Assembly: GCA_016618085.1 (NCBI GenBank)
Contig: JABLTG010000003.1
Coordinates: 124,001 to 188,000 of the forward strand
Source of the DNA: Neovahlkampfia damariscottae
Taxonomy: Eukaryota
Reading direction: 5' to 3'
Length of the DNA stretch: 64,000 nucleotides
Position 1 is the first letter of the stretch. Every line of letters begins with the position of its first letter. A model generated the notes under the pieces. That model made no database searches and was not told the DNA's origin. It was given only the letters and a program-made list of their open reading frames with translations. Shown one piece after another: positions 48,583-59,779 of the stretch. The position numbers were made by a program, and so were the translations under genes.

Positions 48583-48758
48583 CATTCACAACTAGAAACC
48601 GAAATTGATTTTATTTCAGTTTCGAAACAACACTAAAATCAACCACCCTACGGAAACAGCTTTTCTCAGTCCATCATTTCAGCTATTCTCACGGATTTCA
48701 CCTCAGGAACTCAAAAATGAAATAGAATTTTTTTTGAGTTGGACAGCTAACCACAATG
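48583..48758 (-). ncRNA. Candidate structured RNA (independent ncRNA or structured 5' leader of the patatin gene)
   Basis: Several helices, two Watson-Crick perfect and others needing G-U pairs on the minus strand; preceded by a CCAAT box and A22. Confidence 0.35.
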
Positions 48759-49508
48759 TTTTTTTTTTTTTTTTTTTTTTATTGGTCAGTGAATAAAAGA
48801 ACTTCATCAAGAATTTGAAATCAATCCTTTCCCTTCCATTTCAAGACAATTTAACACTATTTTTGAAGAAGGAAGAACTGGAATGCAGCGGAAACAAAAA
48901 GATCAAAAAAACAAAAATTTGATGATTCTTTTGTTTGTGGTGAATCTTTTGATGATTCAAATGCTTCAATCTTAGAGAATGATGATGATTCAATGTATGA
49001 AGAATAAATTTTTCGATTTCAATAATTGACCAATCAATTTGGGCCAAAAAAACATTTTTTTTTCGTTTTTTCATCGAAAAAATTCAATAAAGTTCGGTTT
49101 AAAAATTGACCCCAGGTTTTGTTTCTGTTTAAAAAATAATAAATTTAAATCAAATGTTATTAATTTGTTGAAATAGACTTAAACATGGTAATTAAATTTA
49201 AATAAACTTATTTTAAGGATACGATTTTGACAAATTGGAAGAAATATTTGAATTTGAATATGGAACTATTTTTAAATTTTATAAAGAATTTATTTATTTT
49301 TTTACATAATCAATTAGCGAAGTATGCTCAACGGCTATAAGTAACCAGTAATTCTCATACTTTCTAGGAGTACAAATCTCTTAGGTCTTTTCAGCTCCAA
49401 ATCAAGCTGAGTTAATTCACCAACAATTCTTCAACTCGTTTTAATCTGAAAAAATGTTGAAACAAAGTTTTAGTTTATAATGCGTTTCAATTGTCATGTA
49501 TAACTTTC

Positions 49509-49627
49509 GCTTACGGCCATACTTAGGAGAATACACCGCATCCCGTCCGATTTGCGAAGTTAAGCTCCTACAGGCTCTCCTAGTACTAGGGTGGGAGACC
49601 ACCTGGGAACCGGGAGTGTTGTAAGCT
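49509..49627 (+). rRNA. 5S ribosomal RNA gene
   Basis: 119 nt GCTTACGGCCATAC..CCCGTCCGAT..GAAGTTAAGC..AGTACTAGGGTGGGAGACCACCTGGGAA..GTAAGCT with complementary ends. Confidence 0.97.
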
Positions 49628-49634
49628 TTTTTTG
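49627..49634 (+). terminator. RNA polymerase III oligo-T terminator of the 5S gene
   Basis: T8 run directly after the 5S 3' end. Confidence 0.85.
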
Positions 49635-49717
49635 TTTCCTGCAATCATGAGCTGGATGGACAAGTACTGAATACTTGCTCCTGTCAACGATAATTCAGTG
49701 TGAAAAAGATTTATTTT

Positions 49718-50260
49718 CTAACAAGATTTTTCAGGAATGAACCAATTTATTTCATACTTTTCTGTTTTTGTATGTTGTGCTACTTCATTTTCATTTGGTG
49801 GGACAATTTTATCGTGAAAAGCAAACATCAATGTTGTTGTTTCATTTTTAATTTCGAAATGTTGATCATCATTCATTTGTAAAGGTCTTAAAAAACTCAT
49901 TTCGACATTATTTCCATACGTCACAAGTGTATCATTTGATATGCTTTTTGGAATTAAAACTGGAGCCATATATCCTAAAAAAAGTGTTCAAAATAAATGT
50001 GAATGATTACCGATCATCATGTATTCATAGATTTTGTTTGAAAACCCAACAAGAGCATTTCCTTGACCACTCATTGTATTTCCTAAAGAATTGAATCCAA
50101 CTGATACATATCCATAGTCTTTTGTATTGATGAAACTGATTTTTACATCCAGGTTCTCTGATTGATCCACTGTCCATTCCAATTTATGTGTACCAAAGGT
50201 TTTGCAATTTTGATAACAAATTACCATTGTAATCCATAAAAAGAAGATAATAACTTTCAT
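49718..50260 (-). CDS. Secreted DOMON-like domain protein; one intron near 49975-50010
   Basis: Signal peptide; KLEWTV, GYVSVGF..MSG..ALVG, EMSFLRPL, LMFAFH..QH. Confidence 0.7.
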
Positions 50261-50365
50261 TTTAGGAGATCTGAAAATTCTACTAGAGATTCCTGTATTT
50301 ATTAGTCATTAAAGATCAAGAGATCAAAGATCAACAAAAATTCAACCAAAATTAGAAATTATTTA

Positions 50366-51501
50366 TTATTCTGCATATTTAATAAATTTTTCTTTGAATT
50401 CGTGAAATTGTTTTTTTTCAATAGTTTCTTGAATGAAATCAAAAAATTTCAAATAGTGATGAAGGTTGTGACTGGAAAATAGTTTAAATAAAAAATTGCA
50501 AACTATGTCAATAAAACATGTCCTAAAAGTTCTTTTGTGTTCAATAAATGATGAATATACCCACAAGTATGATCTTTACAAGCTAAACATTCACAACCAA
50601 TCAACAATGGTTCTTTTGATTTTTGGAAACTTAAATCTCTTAAATTCTTGTTTAAATCTTGTTTTTTATCATAGATTGAAAATGGAAATATCATAGCTTG
50701 ACCGAATTCTGCACTTATGAAAGGATATGTTCCATCAAATAAATCCATTCCTCTTTCAACTGCTTCTAAAACTAATTTTGGATGATCATAACCTGAAATG
50801 AGTCTTGGTAATGATGAAAAATCTTTTAAACCACTTATAAATCCATCTAATAACTTGAAAGATTCTTCATAGTTTATTCCAAGTTCTGAAAATGAAAATC
50901 CTTTCACATTTTTGTTTATAAGTTCTGAAAATTGTTTTATCGTGTCTTTTGGATCTTTTTTAGCATATATATGTGCAAACATATTTGAATTTATTTTTTC
51001 TTTTTCTAACTGTGAATTCATTTTTTTTAACCACTCCAATGATTTTTCTTTTTTTGATTCAACGTCATGAATAGAAACAAACATTTCTGGCTCCAATAGC
51101 TTAATAAATTGAATATATTCTTCAACTGAAATCTGTTTTGAACCACCTAAAGTCATACCAGTCATTAAAGTTTGACTCACTTTGGTGTTGGAATATCCAT
51201 GTAACGCATCTTTTGTGTGAAGAAAAACATCAAAATTTTCAAAATGAAAATATGACTTAACAGATTTCTTTTTTTCCATTTTATACTTTTCCAAATTTTT
51301 TGAACCTGCCACAACATCCCAAATGGACATTTGTAAAATTGTTTTTTTTTTCAATAGACCTTCCAATAAGTCACAAGTTATATTTGGAACAACACCATTT
51401 CTTGTGTATACCATATAAAGAGGTGTTTTATATTTATTTTTTTCAATCGTTAAAGTTCCACTTCTTGCAGTTTTGTCGTTAAAATCAATTGAGAATTCCA
51501 T
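50366..51501 (-). CDS. QTRT2: Queuine tRNA-ribosyltransferase accessory subunit; one intron near 50473-50504
   Basis: ARSGTL..TPLYMVYTRNGVVPNIT, GMDLFDGTYP, GCECLACKDHTCGYIHHLLNTKELLGHVLL-YHN; lacks the catalytic DSGGFQ. Confidence 0.88.
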
Positions 51502-51518
51502 TGGCGGAAAAAAAAATA

Positions 51519-51523
51519 CCAAT
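51519..51523. promoter_or_regulatory. CCAAT box in a 29-nt divergent intergenic spacer
   Basis: TACCAATCA between the ATG at 51501 (-) and the ATG at 51531 (+). Confidence 0.6.
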
Positions 51524-51530
51524 CACCACC

Positions 51531-52539
51531 ATGTTGAAAAACCAAACATCAAATTTGGTCAAAGCTTCCAGTAATTTTGGTACTGATGCAGCACAATCAA
51601 TTTCAAAACAAATTCAAGTCTCTGTACATGATGTAATTGACGAACTAGGTCCTGTTATAAAATCATCCGCTGGAAAGGCTACTGATACTGTGAAAGAGTC
51701 CATAACAGAATTTTCCAAATCTTTTAAAGAAGCTGGAGTAGAAGGGTTTTGTGAATGGGGTTATGCTATAGAACGTTCATTCACTGAAATCGGACAAAAA
51801 CTGGAGACAGGTTTGAAAAAAAAAAAAAAAAATAATTTTCAAAGTCATTCATAACTCAACAAGAGTGATTGTAAATAGTTTGGAAAAAAAACTTGATCAA
51901 GGTTCAAAAAATATCGGTGATGAACTTCGACAAGGCATGGAAAAATCATCAGAAAATTTATCTCTATTTGGAACTGAACACATAAAAGTTTATAGAGAAG
52001 TTTTTCAAGACGAAATTTTTTTTTTGAAAGTTTCAGGATTATTTTGTACAATATCATTAATGATTTTAGCATTTTGTTTTTTATTTCAATTTGAATCTGC
52101 TCAGTATCTTTTACATTTTGTAGGTAGAAATTTCAAATTTTTTTTGGCCATCGTATTTTCATTAATTGTTTCATACACTGTCCACACTTGGTCATCTATA
52201 AAAAAAGAAACAAAAGAAGACACTGAAAATGTAAAAAATGTTAAAGATCCATTCAACTCACAAGTGGTATTTTTTCAAATCAAATGTTAAAAACTGTTTT
52301 TTTAGTTTATGTTTGTAGTTATTGGAGGAATTGGTTTTTTCATTGGGAATATAATAAGAGATGTTAGTTATGAGTTTTTAAACACTTTTATCATTTCACT
52401 TTTGTTTTTACTTTTAGTGTTGGTCTTGCACAGAGAAAAAACATTTTCGATTTTATTTCAATTTTTCTCTTTTTTTAGATTGCTGAAAGAATTTTTTGAA
52501 TGGAAAACAATGAATAAAAAAGAAAAAAAAATAGAATAA
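51531..52539 (+). CDS. Hypothetical membrane protein with amphipathic helical N-terminal repeats and about 4 TM helices; 2 introns
   Basis: Three consecutive plus-strand ORF segments joined by GT-AG introns near 51811-51844 and 52267-52305. Confidence 0.55.
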
Positions 52540-52603
52540 AAATTTAAATGTTCCAAAAACTCCGGATAATCTTATCCAATCAACATCCTTGGTGTTTTAA
52601 AGG

Positions 52604-54031
<1,428 letters not shown>

Positions 54032-54122
54032 AAATTTTTTTGTTCGAATCATTTTTATTTGTTAATTGGTGGAGAAATAAACATCCAATTAACGGTTGTT
54101 TTGGTTAGTGTAACTCTGAAAT

Positions 54123-54890
54123 ATGCACAACAGATCAAATATACTGTTGTTGTTTTTATGTATAACAATTATTCACACAATGTCCACAAATGTCTCAAGG
54201 AGTTCAAAAAAACAAGTCAGTTGTTTTGGAAAGAATTCCACATCACCAGATGTTTGTTCTGGAAATGGTGACTGTGTCTCATATAATAATTGTACATGTA
54301 ACCAAGGTTACACAGGAAATAACTGTCAATTTACCAAATGTTTCGGTTTTGATTCTTCAAATGAGAAAATTTGTTCTGGAAATGGCAATTGTACAAGACC
54401 AAATTACTGTGAATGTGAAGATGGATATGTTGGAATTGATTGTAAATACCCAATTTGTTTTGGATTAAACTCTTCAAGAACTGATTCTTGTGGATTAAAT
54501 GGAAGATGCTCAAGACCTGATTTTTGTCAATGTTTTTTAGGATACTCAGGAAAAATTTGCGAATTCACGGAATGTCATGGTATAAATTCAACAAATGGAA
54601 CACATGTTTGCAGTAATCACGGAAACTGCACTGAATACGACCAATGTATCTGTAACAATGGGTATTATGGTAGAACATGTCAATTTGAAATACCAACTGA
54701 TCCTCTATTATATGGATTTGGACTTGCAGTTGGTATTTGTCTTTTAATTATTATCGGATTTATTTTTTTCACACCAGTCATTTTTTTATTTCAAGCAATT
54801 TTAAAAAAATTAAAAGAACATCATTTATCAAAGAAACTAAAAATATCACAGCCAGAAGAAAAACCAAATGAAAAAGAAACATTGTTATAA
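54123..54890 (+). CDS. EGF-like repeat single-pass membrane protein
   Basis: Signal peptide, four CFG..VCSGNG.C..C.C..GY.G..C repeats, one TM helix. Confidence 0.9.
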   Translation: MHNRSNILLLFLCITIIHTMSTNVSRSSKKQVSCFGKNSTSPDVCSGNGDCVSYNNCTCNQGYTGNNCQFTKCFGFDSSNEKICSGNGNCTRPNYCECEDGYVGIDCKYPICFGLNSSRTDSCGLNGRCSRPDFCQCFLGYSGKICEFTECHGINSTNGTHVCSNHGNCTEYDQCICNNGYYGRTCQFEIPTDPLLYGFGLAVGICLLIIIGFIFFTPVIFLFQAILKKLKEHHLSKKLKISQPEEKPNEKETLL

Positions 54891-55030
54891 AAATTTCATT
54901 TTGTACAAATATTTGAATAAAAGTTCAGTACAATAAAAAATATGAATTATTTTTGACTGATATATAAATCACATGAATTAACTTTTTATCATCTCTTTTG
55001 ATTCATCCAATCACCAACTTCACAATTTTG

Positions 55031-55189
55031 ATGTTGTGGTTAGTGTTGCAGTTTTTTTTGAGAATTTTTTTTAAAAGTTCGAAAGGATATGAAATACACC
55101 CTGGTGACTCAGTTTTGGTGATAGAAGTCGCAAAGAAGTACGTGAGATATTTTAAATTGAAAAAACCTGAAAAATTATTGATGAATTGA
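55031..55189 (+). CDS. Putative 39-aa microprotein or remnant resembling the N-terminus of ribosomal protein L24e; probable intron 55039-55077
   Basis: Spliced MLCSKGYEIHPGDSVLVIEVAKKYVRYFKLKKPEKLLMN; CCAAT box about 20 nt upstream. Confidence 0.35.
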   Translation: MLWLVLQFFLRIFFKSSKGYEIHPGDSVLVIEVAKKYVRYFKLKKPEKLLMN

Positions 55190-55202
55190 AGTAACTTTTT
55201 AA

Positions 55203-56215
55203 TTAAAAAACTTCGTTTGAAATATCCTCCTCATCTTCTTCTTTTTCTCTTAAATTAATCTCATGTCTAATTTGAGCATACCAAGTACTTCCAATGACTG
55301 ACAAACCAACTCCAAACAAGTAGCCAATATTCAAAGATGCTTCGAAGATCACTTCTGACATGATAATTAAAAATAGAGTTTTTAATTGACTCACAACTAA
55401 ATGTGTTAATGCAGATGTTCTCTTTAAAACGATTAAAATTGAAAAATTGACATTCAATGAAATGAAACAAGACAAAAAGATAGTGAAAATTAAATTTGTG
55501 GATATCTCAATATTTTTGAATTCATCAAATAAAGGTGATGGAATTAATGAAATAAACGTCGAAATAAATGAGGTGTTCAATAATAAATGAAATGGTGAAA
55601 CATTCATTTTTTCCATATAATTTGATTTGTAAATTAAAGTTAAAGCAGTTGTGAATGTACATAAAAATGCATATATTAAACCAATACTATTAACCGAAAC
55701 ATCACTAATTGCAACAATAGATACTCCAAATAACAATAAAATAACAGAAAAAAGTGTTTTTAACTCGATTATTTTTGTGTAAATAAAATATTCAATTCCA
55801 ATTTGAAATGGAACAACTAAAATTTTTGAAATCTTTTTTGTCAGTTTTAAGTTTTTTTCTCACTTGAAAGAATCCAACTGAATTGTGAATCAAAGATAAA
55901 CTTCCAAAAATAACAGAAAGAGAGCCAAAAATTGAAATATGTAAATGATCTGTCAAAGGTAAAATCTTGAATGAAAAATTTTCCGATGAAGAAAAGAGTG
56001 CTATAAATGTACAGACTAAAAAGCTAAAAAGGTAATTTAAAAATAATAATAAATTTGGAGCTCCAAATTTTAACTTTAAAAAACAAACCTCGAAAATTCA
56101 AAATTGAAAAAAGATATTTATGAAGAAAAATGATGGATACAGCACAAACAAACCCATAAAAGAGTGCTAATGAATCTTTTAAATAGTTTGGTTTCTGTTT
56201 CTCTTTTTCTCCCAT
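55203..56215 (-). CDS. Nucleotide-sugar/triose-phosphate transporter family (SLC35E-like); 2 introns
   Basis: VSIIFLHKYLF, SLIHNSVGFFQ-ISKILVVP, TSALTHLVVSQLKT; multiple TM helices. Confidence 0.85.
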
Positions 56216-56341
56216 TGTCTTATATTGCTAAAAAAAAATCGTGGTCCAATAAAAAGCAAAAAAAAAAATGAAATAATGAAAACGAAATTTAAAATTTAAT
56301 TTATTTTTGTTTTTGAGCAAACACGAAGTTTTGAATAAAAT

Positions 56342-56457
56342 TTAAAGTTTATTAATAATGTTCATTAATTTCTTTCTAGTTCCTAATTTTAGTCCTATTT
56401 CTTTTAATTCATCTTCATGCAGCTCAACAAAAATTTCTCCGTCAAACTTTTCATCTT
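56342..56457 (-). pseudogene. Orphaned 3' end (second half of a SAM domain) of the gene starting at 59461
   Basis: KDEKFDGEIFVELHEDELKEIGLKLGTRKKLMNIINKL*, in frame with 59461-59005 once the insertion is removed. Confidence 0.85.
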
Positions 56458-56464
56458 TTAGTAA

Positions 56465-56498
56465 GACTTTTGGACAATTGGTATCTTTATAAGAATAA
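56465..56498 (+). repeat. Left terminal inverted repeat
   Basis: GACTTTTGGACAATTGGTATCTTTATAAGAATAA. Confidence 0.92.
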
Positions 56499-57612
56499 AC
56501 AGTGTTTTTTAATTGAAGATGGGCATTTCAATCAAGTGAGTATGTTGTTCAAATATAAAACGACTCATTAGTCAATGAGTCCATCAATAGATAATAAGTG
56601 TATCACCAAACAATAAGTTGATCATTTACGAAATGAATCTCTCATAAAGTGATAAGTGACTTATTTTACAAAAAAACCCACATGCCGTATTAAAATCTTT
56701 AGCAATTGTCCATACTATAAGACTCCAATGTAATTCACCACGTCTTTAGAATAAACTTGGTCTTCAACTTGAAGTGTAGCATTCCAACTGATAAAATGGT
56801 GTTTTTCATACCAATGTGACTTTATTCCTACTGAGTCTCATTATTCCAACTGGACCATGTTATTTCTACTAAGTAGTATTCAACTTGCCTGAGTCATGCA
56901 TGAAAAGTTACGTTTTTGCCAATAACACTTCAAACGAAACATGATGTTTTACTTGAAACATGTATTCTTCAGGAAATGAAATTTATTCTTTGTTTCTTTT
57001 GCTGTATTTTATTCTTTCTTGCAATTTTGTTTTCCAATCAATATGACGCATATGATGAATACAATTGATAAATTGGTAAAGAGTTGTAGTGTTTATTTAA
57101 TTTATTTGATGTTATATCTTCATAAATTGTTTTGGCCTTGAATTGATAATCCAACTCAAAATTTTGTCCTTCCAAATCAAAATAAAAATTTCGTTTGAAC
57201 AATTTTAAAGCTGATTTTCAAATCTAAAAATTAACAAAAGTGAGATAATTTAATCTATCAACGGAAATTAAAGAAAAATTCAGAAATTTGATATTTGTTT
57301 TAGAACTGGAGTTTTTAACAATGAGACTATCCACCAACTCGAAGGTTGTTACGAATGATAAGACTCCGAGACAATAGCAAATAATTAATTCGTTTGATAA
57401 AAAAATCATTGTGACTGCTTGATTCTAGATAAAAATTCTACTCATTGCAGAATTTCTAACATTTCACAAATATGAAAGAGTCATCTGTCATGGTATTTAG
57501 ATACAAAGACGGTGACAACTAAAAATTCAGTTCTCTGGTTGGGAATGCATAAACCAGCCCATGTAAAAAAAATTGACCTATAAAAATCTCCAAAGATGCT
57601 TCACAACAAAAC

Positions 57613-58712
57613 ATGTCTGAAAATCCTAAGACCATACTTGAGAACTATAAAAACTTAGAAAAAGATAAAGAAGAAAAATTTAAAAAAGTTGTGGAAGGAT
57701 ACTCATGAGAATCCGAGATGGATGAAGAAGAAAGTATTCACTATGAGAAATTCGCAAAGGAAGGAAGTGAAGCCATCAAAGTGATGACAGGATTTAGTAT
57801 TAGTGAATTCATGGAGCTTTATTCTTTGGTGGAAAAGAAATTAAAAACAAGAGGAAGAGGAAAGAAACCAGAAATAGGACCTTTAGATTCTTTTTTCTTT
57901 ATGTTGGTCATGTTAAAGCATTATGAGTCATGGGACAAATTTAGTGTTACATATAAGTTGAAGAAATATGCCATCATTTCTGCCATTAATCGAACTTTGG
58001 AAAAAACAGTAGAACCATTGACAAGTGAATTAATTCAAATTATTTATAAGGATGAGAACTAGACCAAAAATGTTATTTAGAGATGCTCAATACTATTTCT
58101 CTGGGAAACACCATGCTTATGGTGACAAAACCGAAGTCGTTCACTTGCCAAATGGACTTGTTGTATTCATTAGTGACACTTATGCTGGCTCTATTCATGA
58201 TTTTAGTATTTTTAAAGACAACTTAGAAATTTATGAAAAATTCTTAGAAAAGAAGGAAGGGTTCGGATATGAATGTCAATGACCAAGGTGAACTCAAAGA
58301 CAAGTACCTGAATCACTGGGCTTTGCTCGTGGATAAAGGTTATCAAGGAGCAAGTGAAAAGATCAGAGCCATTCTTCCAACCAAAGGAAAAGATTTAAGT
58401 AGAGAAGAAAATGTAAGAAATAAGAAAATTGCCAAGAACCGTATCATTTGTGAAAACTTTTGGAAGAATGAAGAAATTATTCAAAATCAGGAAGGAAAAT
58501 TCAAGTGGGATGAAGAATCTTATTCCACAGTTTTTAGGGTCTGTGCTGCTCTTACTAATTATCACATTATGAAGTATCCTTTGAGAAATGAAGATGGTAT
58601 TTATTACAAAGTAGTTTTAAAGAGTTATGCTGATGAAGAATTAAAAAGAAAGAGAAAACACAGAGAAAGTAACAAAAAATACAAGGAAAAGAAACAAAGA
58701 ATTGAAGAATAA
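57613..58712 (+). pseudogene. DDE_Tnp_4 transposase pseudogene
   Basis: MTGFSISEF (HTH-like), YFSGKHHAYG.KTEV..PNG, GSIHD, LVDKGYQG, RIICENF, CAALTNYH; in-frame TGA at 57706 and frameshifts near 58055, 58265 and 58462. Confidence 0.9.
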
Positions 58713-58855
58713 AATTTATTTCTTCAGAACTGATGTTTTTAATAATAACATCACTCATCAACTTGAAGAGTGTCGATGTGCTTGATACTGCGACTTTATC
58801 AACAACAAGAGTCTTATTTGTTGGTGATACACTTATTGCTCAAAAGACAGACTTA

Positions 58856-59461
58856 TTATTTAATGAGATACTTATCGCCAATTGATGTACTCACTATATA
58901 ATGAGCAGTGTCATGTTTAAAAAGAATACTTGTTCTGTTGAAACACCGTTCTTCAACTTGAAAATAATGCTTATTCTTATAAAGATACCAATTGTCCAAG
59001 AGTCTTAGTAATTCCATTTCTTTTTCTTCAATTATTTTTTTGTCAAGCAAATTTTTGGCTAAGTCACCAACTGACCAACTTAATACTTCTTCATCTAACC
59101 AGTCATTTTTTTTGTCTATTCCAACTGTTTTGGGTTCCTTTAAAATTTTTTGGTGTTCATGTGGAATGAATACGAAATATTTATCAATATCTTCAAATTT
59201 AATTTGAGATTGTCGAGTTTTACAAGACACAGGACGTAGCACTGCTTTGACAGAAAAATCTCCATCTTCATGAACTCTAATATCTCCAGAAAGAAATCCA
59301 TCCATAAAGTTTGTGTTTTTTTTGACTATTAATGTAATTCTAAAGTATCTCTTGTTTATAAAACTGAAAAGATAAAGAATTTTTTTATAGTCATCTTCAA
59401 GTTCATTTCCTTTCCAATTATAATTTAAAAAATCAACTGTTCTGTCATTTTTAAACACCAT
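58856..59461 (-). CDS. 5' part of a SAM-domain gene interrupted at 59005; the frame now reads through 49 transposon-derived codons
   Basis: VLSWSVGDLAKNLLDKKIIEEKEMELL (first half of a SAM domain) ends exactly at the target duplication. Confidence 0.75.
   Translation of the reverse strand: MVFKNDRTVDFLNYNWKGNELEDDYKKILYLFSFINKRYFRITLIVKKNTNFMDGFLSGDIRVHEDGDFSVKAVLRPVSCKTRQSQIKFEDIDKYFVFIPHEHQKILKEPKTVGIDKKNDWLDEEVLSWSVGDLAKNLLDKKIIEEKEMELLRLLDNWYLYKNKHYFQVEERCFNRTSILFKHDTAHYIVSTSIGDKYLIK
58971..59004 (-). repeat. Right terminal inverted repeat
   Basis: Reverse complement reads GACTCTTGGACAATTGGTATCTTTATAAGAATAA. Confidence 0.92.
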
Positions 59462-59779
59462 ATCAACATTTGCTTGAATGTATTGTGCTATTTCTGTTGA
59501 TGATTCTCCAAAAGTATATTTGTTTACTGTGAAGGTAACTTTAAAATATGGTTTTTGATTGGTTGATCAAAAATGTCCAAACTCTGGAAATACACAAAAC
59601 ACTTGGAAAGAAATCACAGAAATTGTTGATTTTCAATTCGGACTAACAGAAAAAAAAATATACAAAATATGAAAAAGATGATACTGTACATGATTCTTTA
59701 AAAATAATGAAGAATTATGATTGGTGAGAAGAGAATAGGAGTTAAATCAAAAATTAAATTATTTGAATTAAAATAATAT

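Larger units (their letters stand above)
56465..59004 (+). mobile_element. PIF/Harbinger-superfamily (PHIS, DDE_Tnp_4) DNA transposon, 2540 bp, decayed
   Basis: 34-bp terminal inverted repeats, 33/34 identical; TTAGTAA directly repeated at 56458-56464 and 59005-59011; internal transposase. Confidence 0.92.

Noticed and set aside
48640..48710. TPP riboswitch (CUGAG..CGUAGGG on the minus strand)
   Set aside because: Lacks the CCUGAU and UAAU P4/P5 core and a proper P2, and the adjacent gene is unrelated to thiamine
48790..49010. Coding-like fragments, including a homeodomain-like ELHQEFEINPFPS
   Set aside because: No ATG, frames are inconsistent and there is no WFxNxR helix; at most an unidentifiable relic
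49321..49440. Short hairpins upstream of the 5S gene (AGTATG/CATACT, TCAGCT/AGCTGA)
   Set aside because: Stems of 6 bp are expected by chance, and there are no tRNA A/B boxes or other recognisable motifs
49441..49644. 67-aa minus-strand ORF
   Set aside because: Mostly antisense to the 5S rRNA gene and open because of its higher GC content
8869..51501. A nucleobase/queuine salvage cluster (LOG, 5'-nucleotidase, TGT, QTRT2)
   Set aside because: The genes are spread over 42 kb among unrelated housekeeping genes with no shared arrangement; coincidence is sufficient
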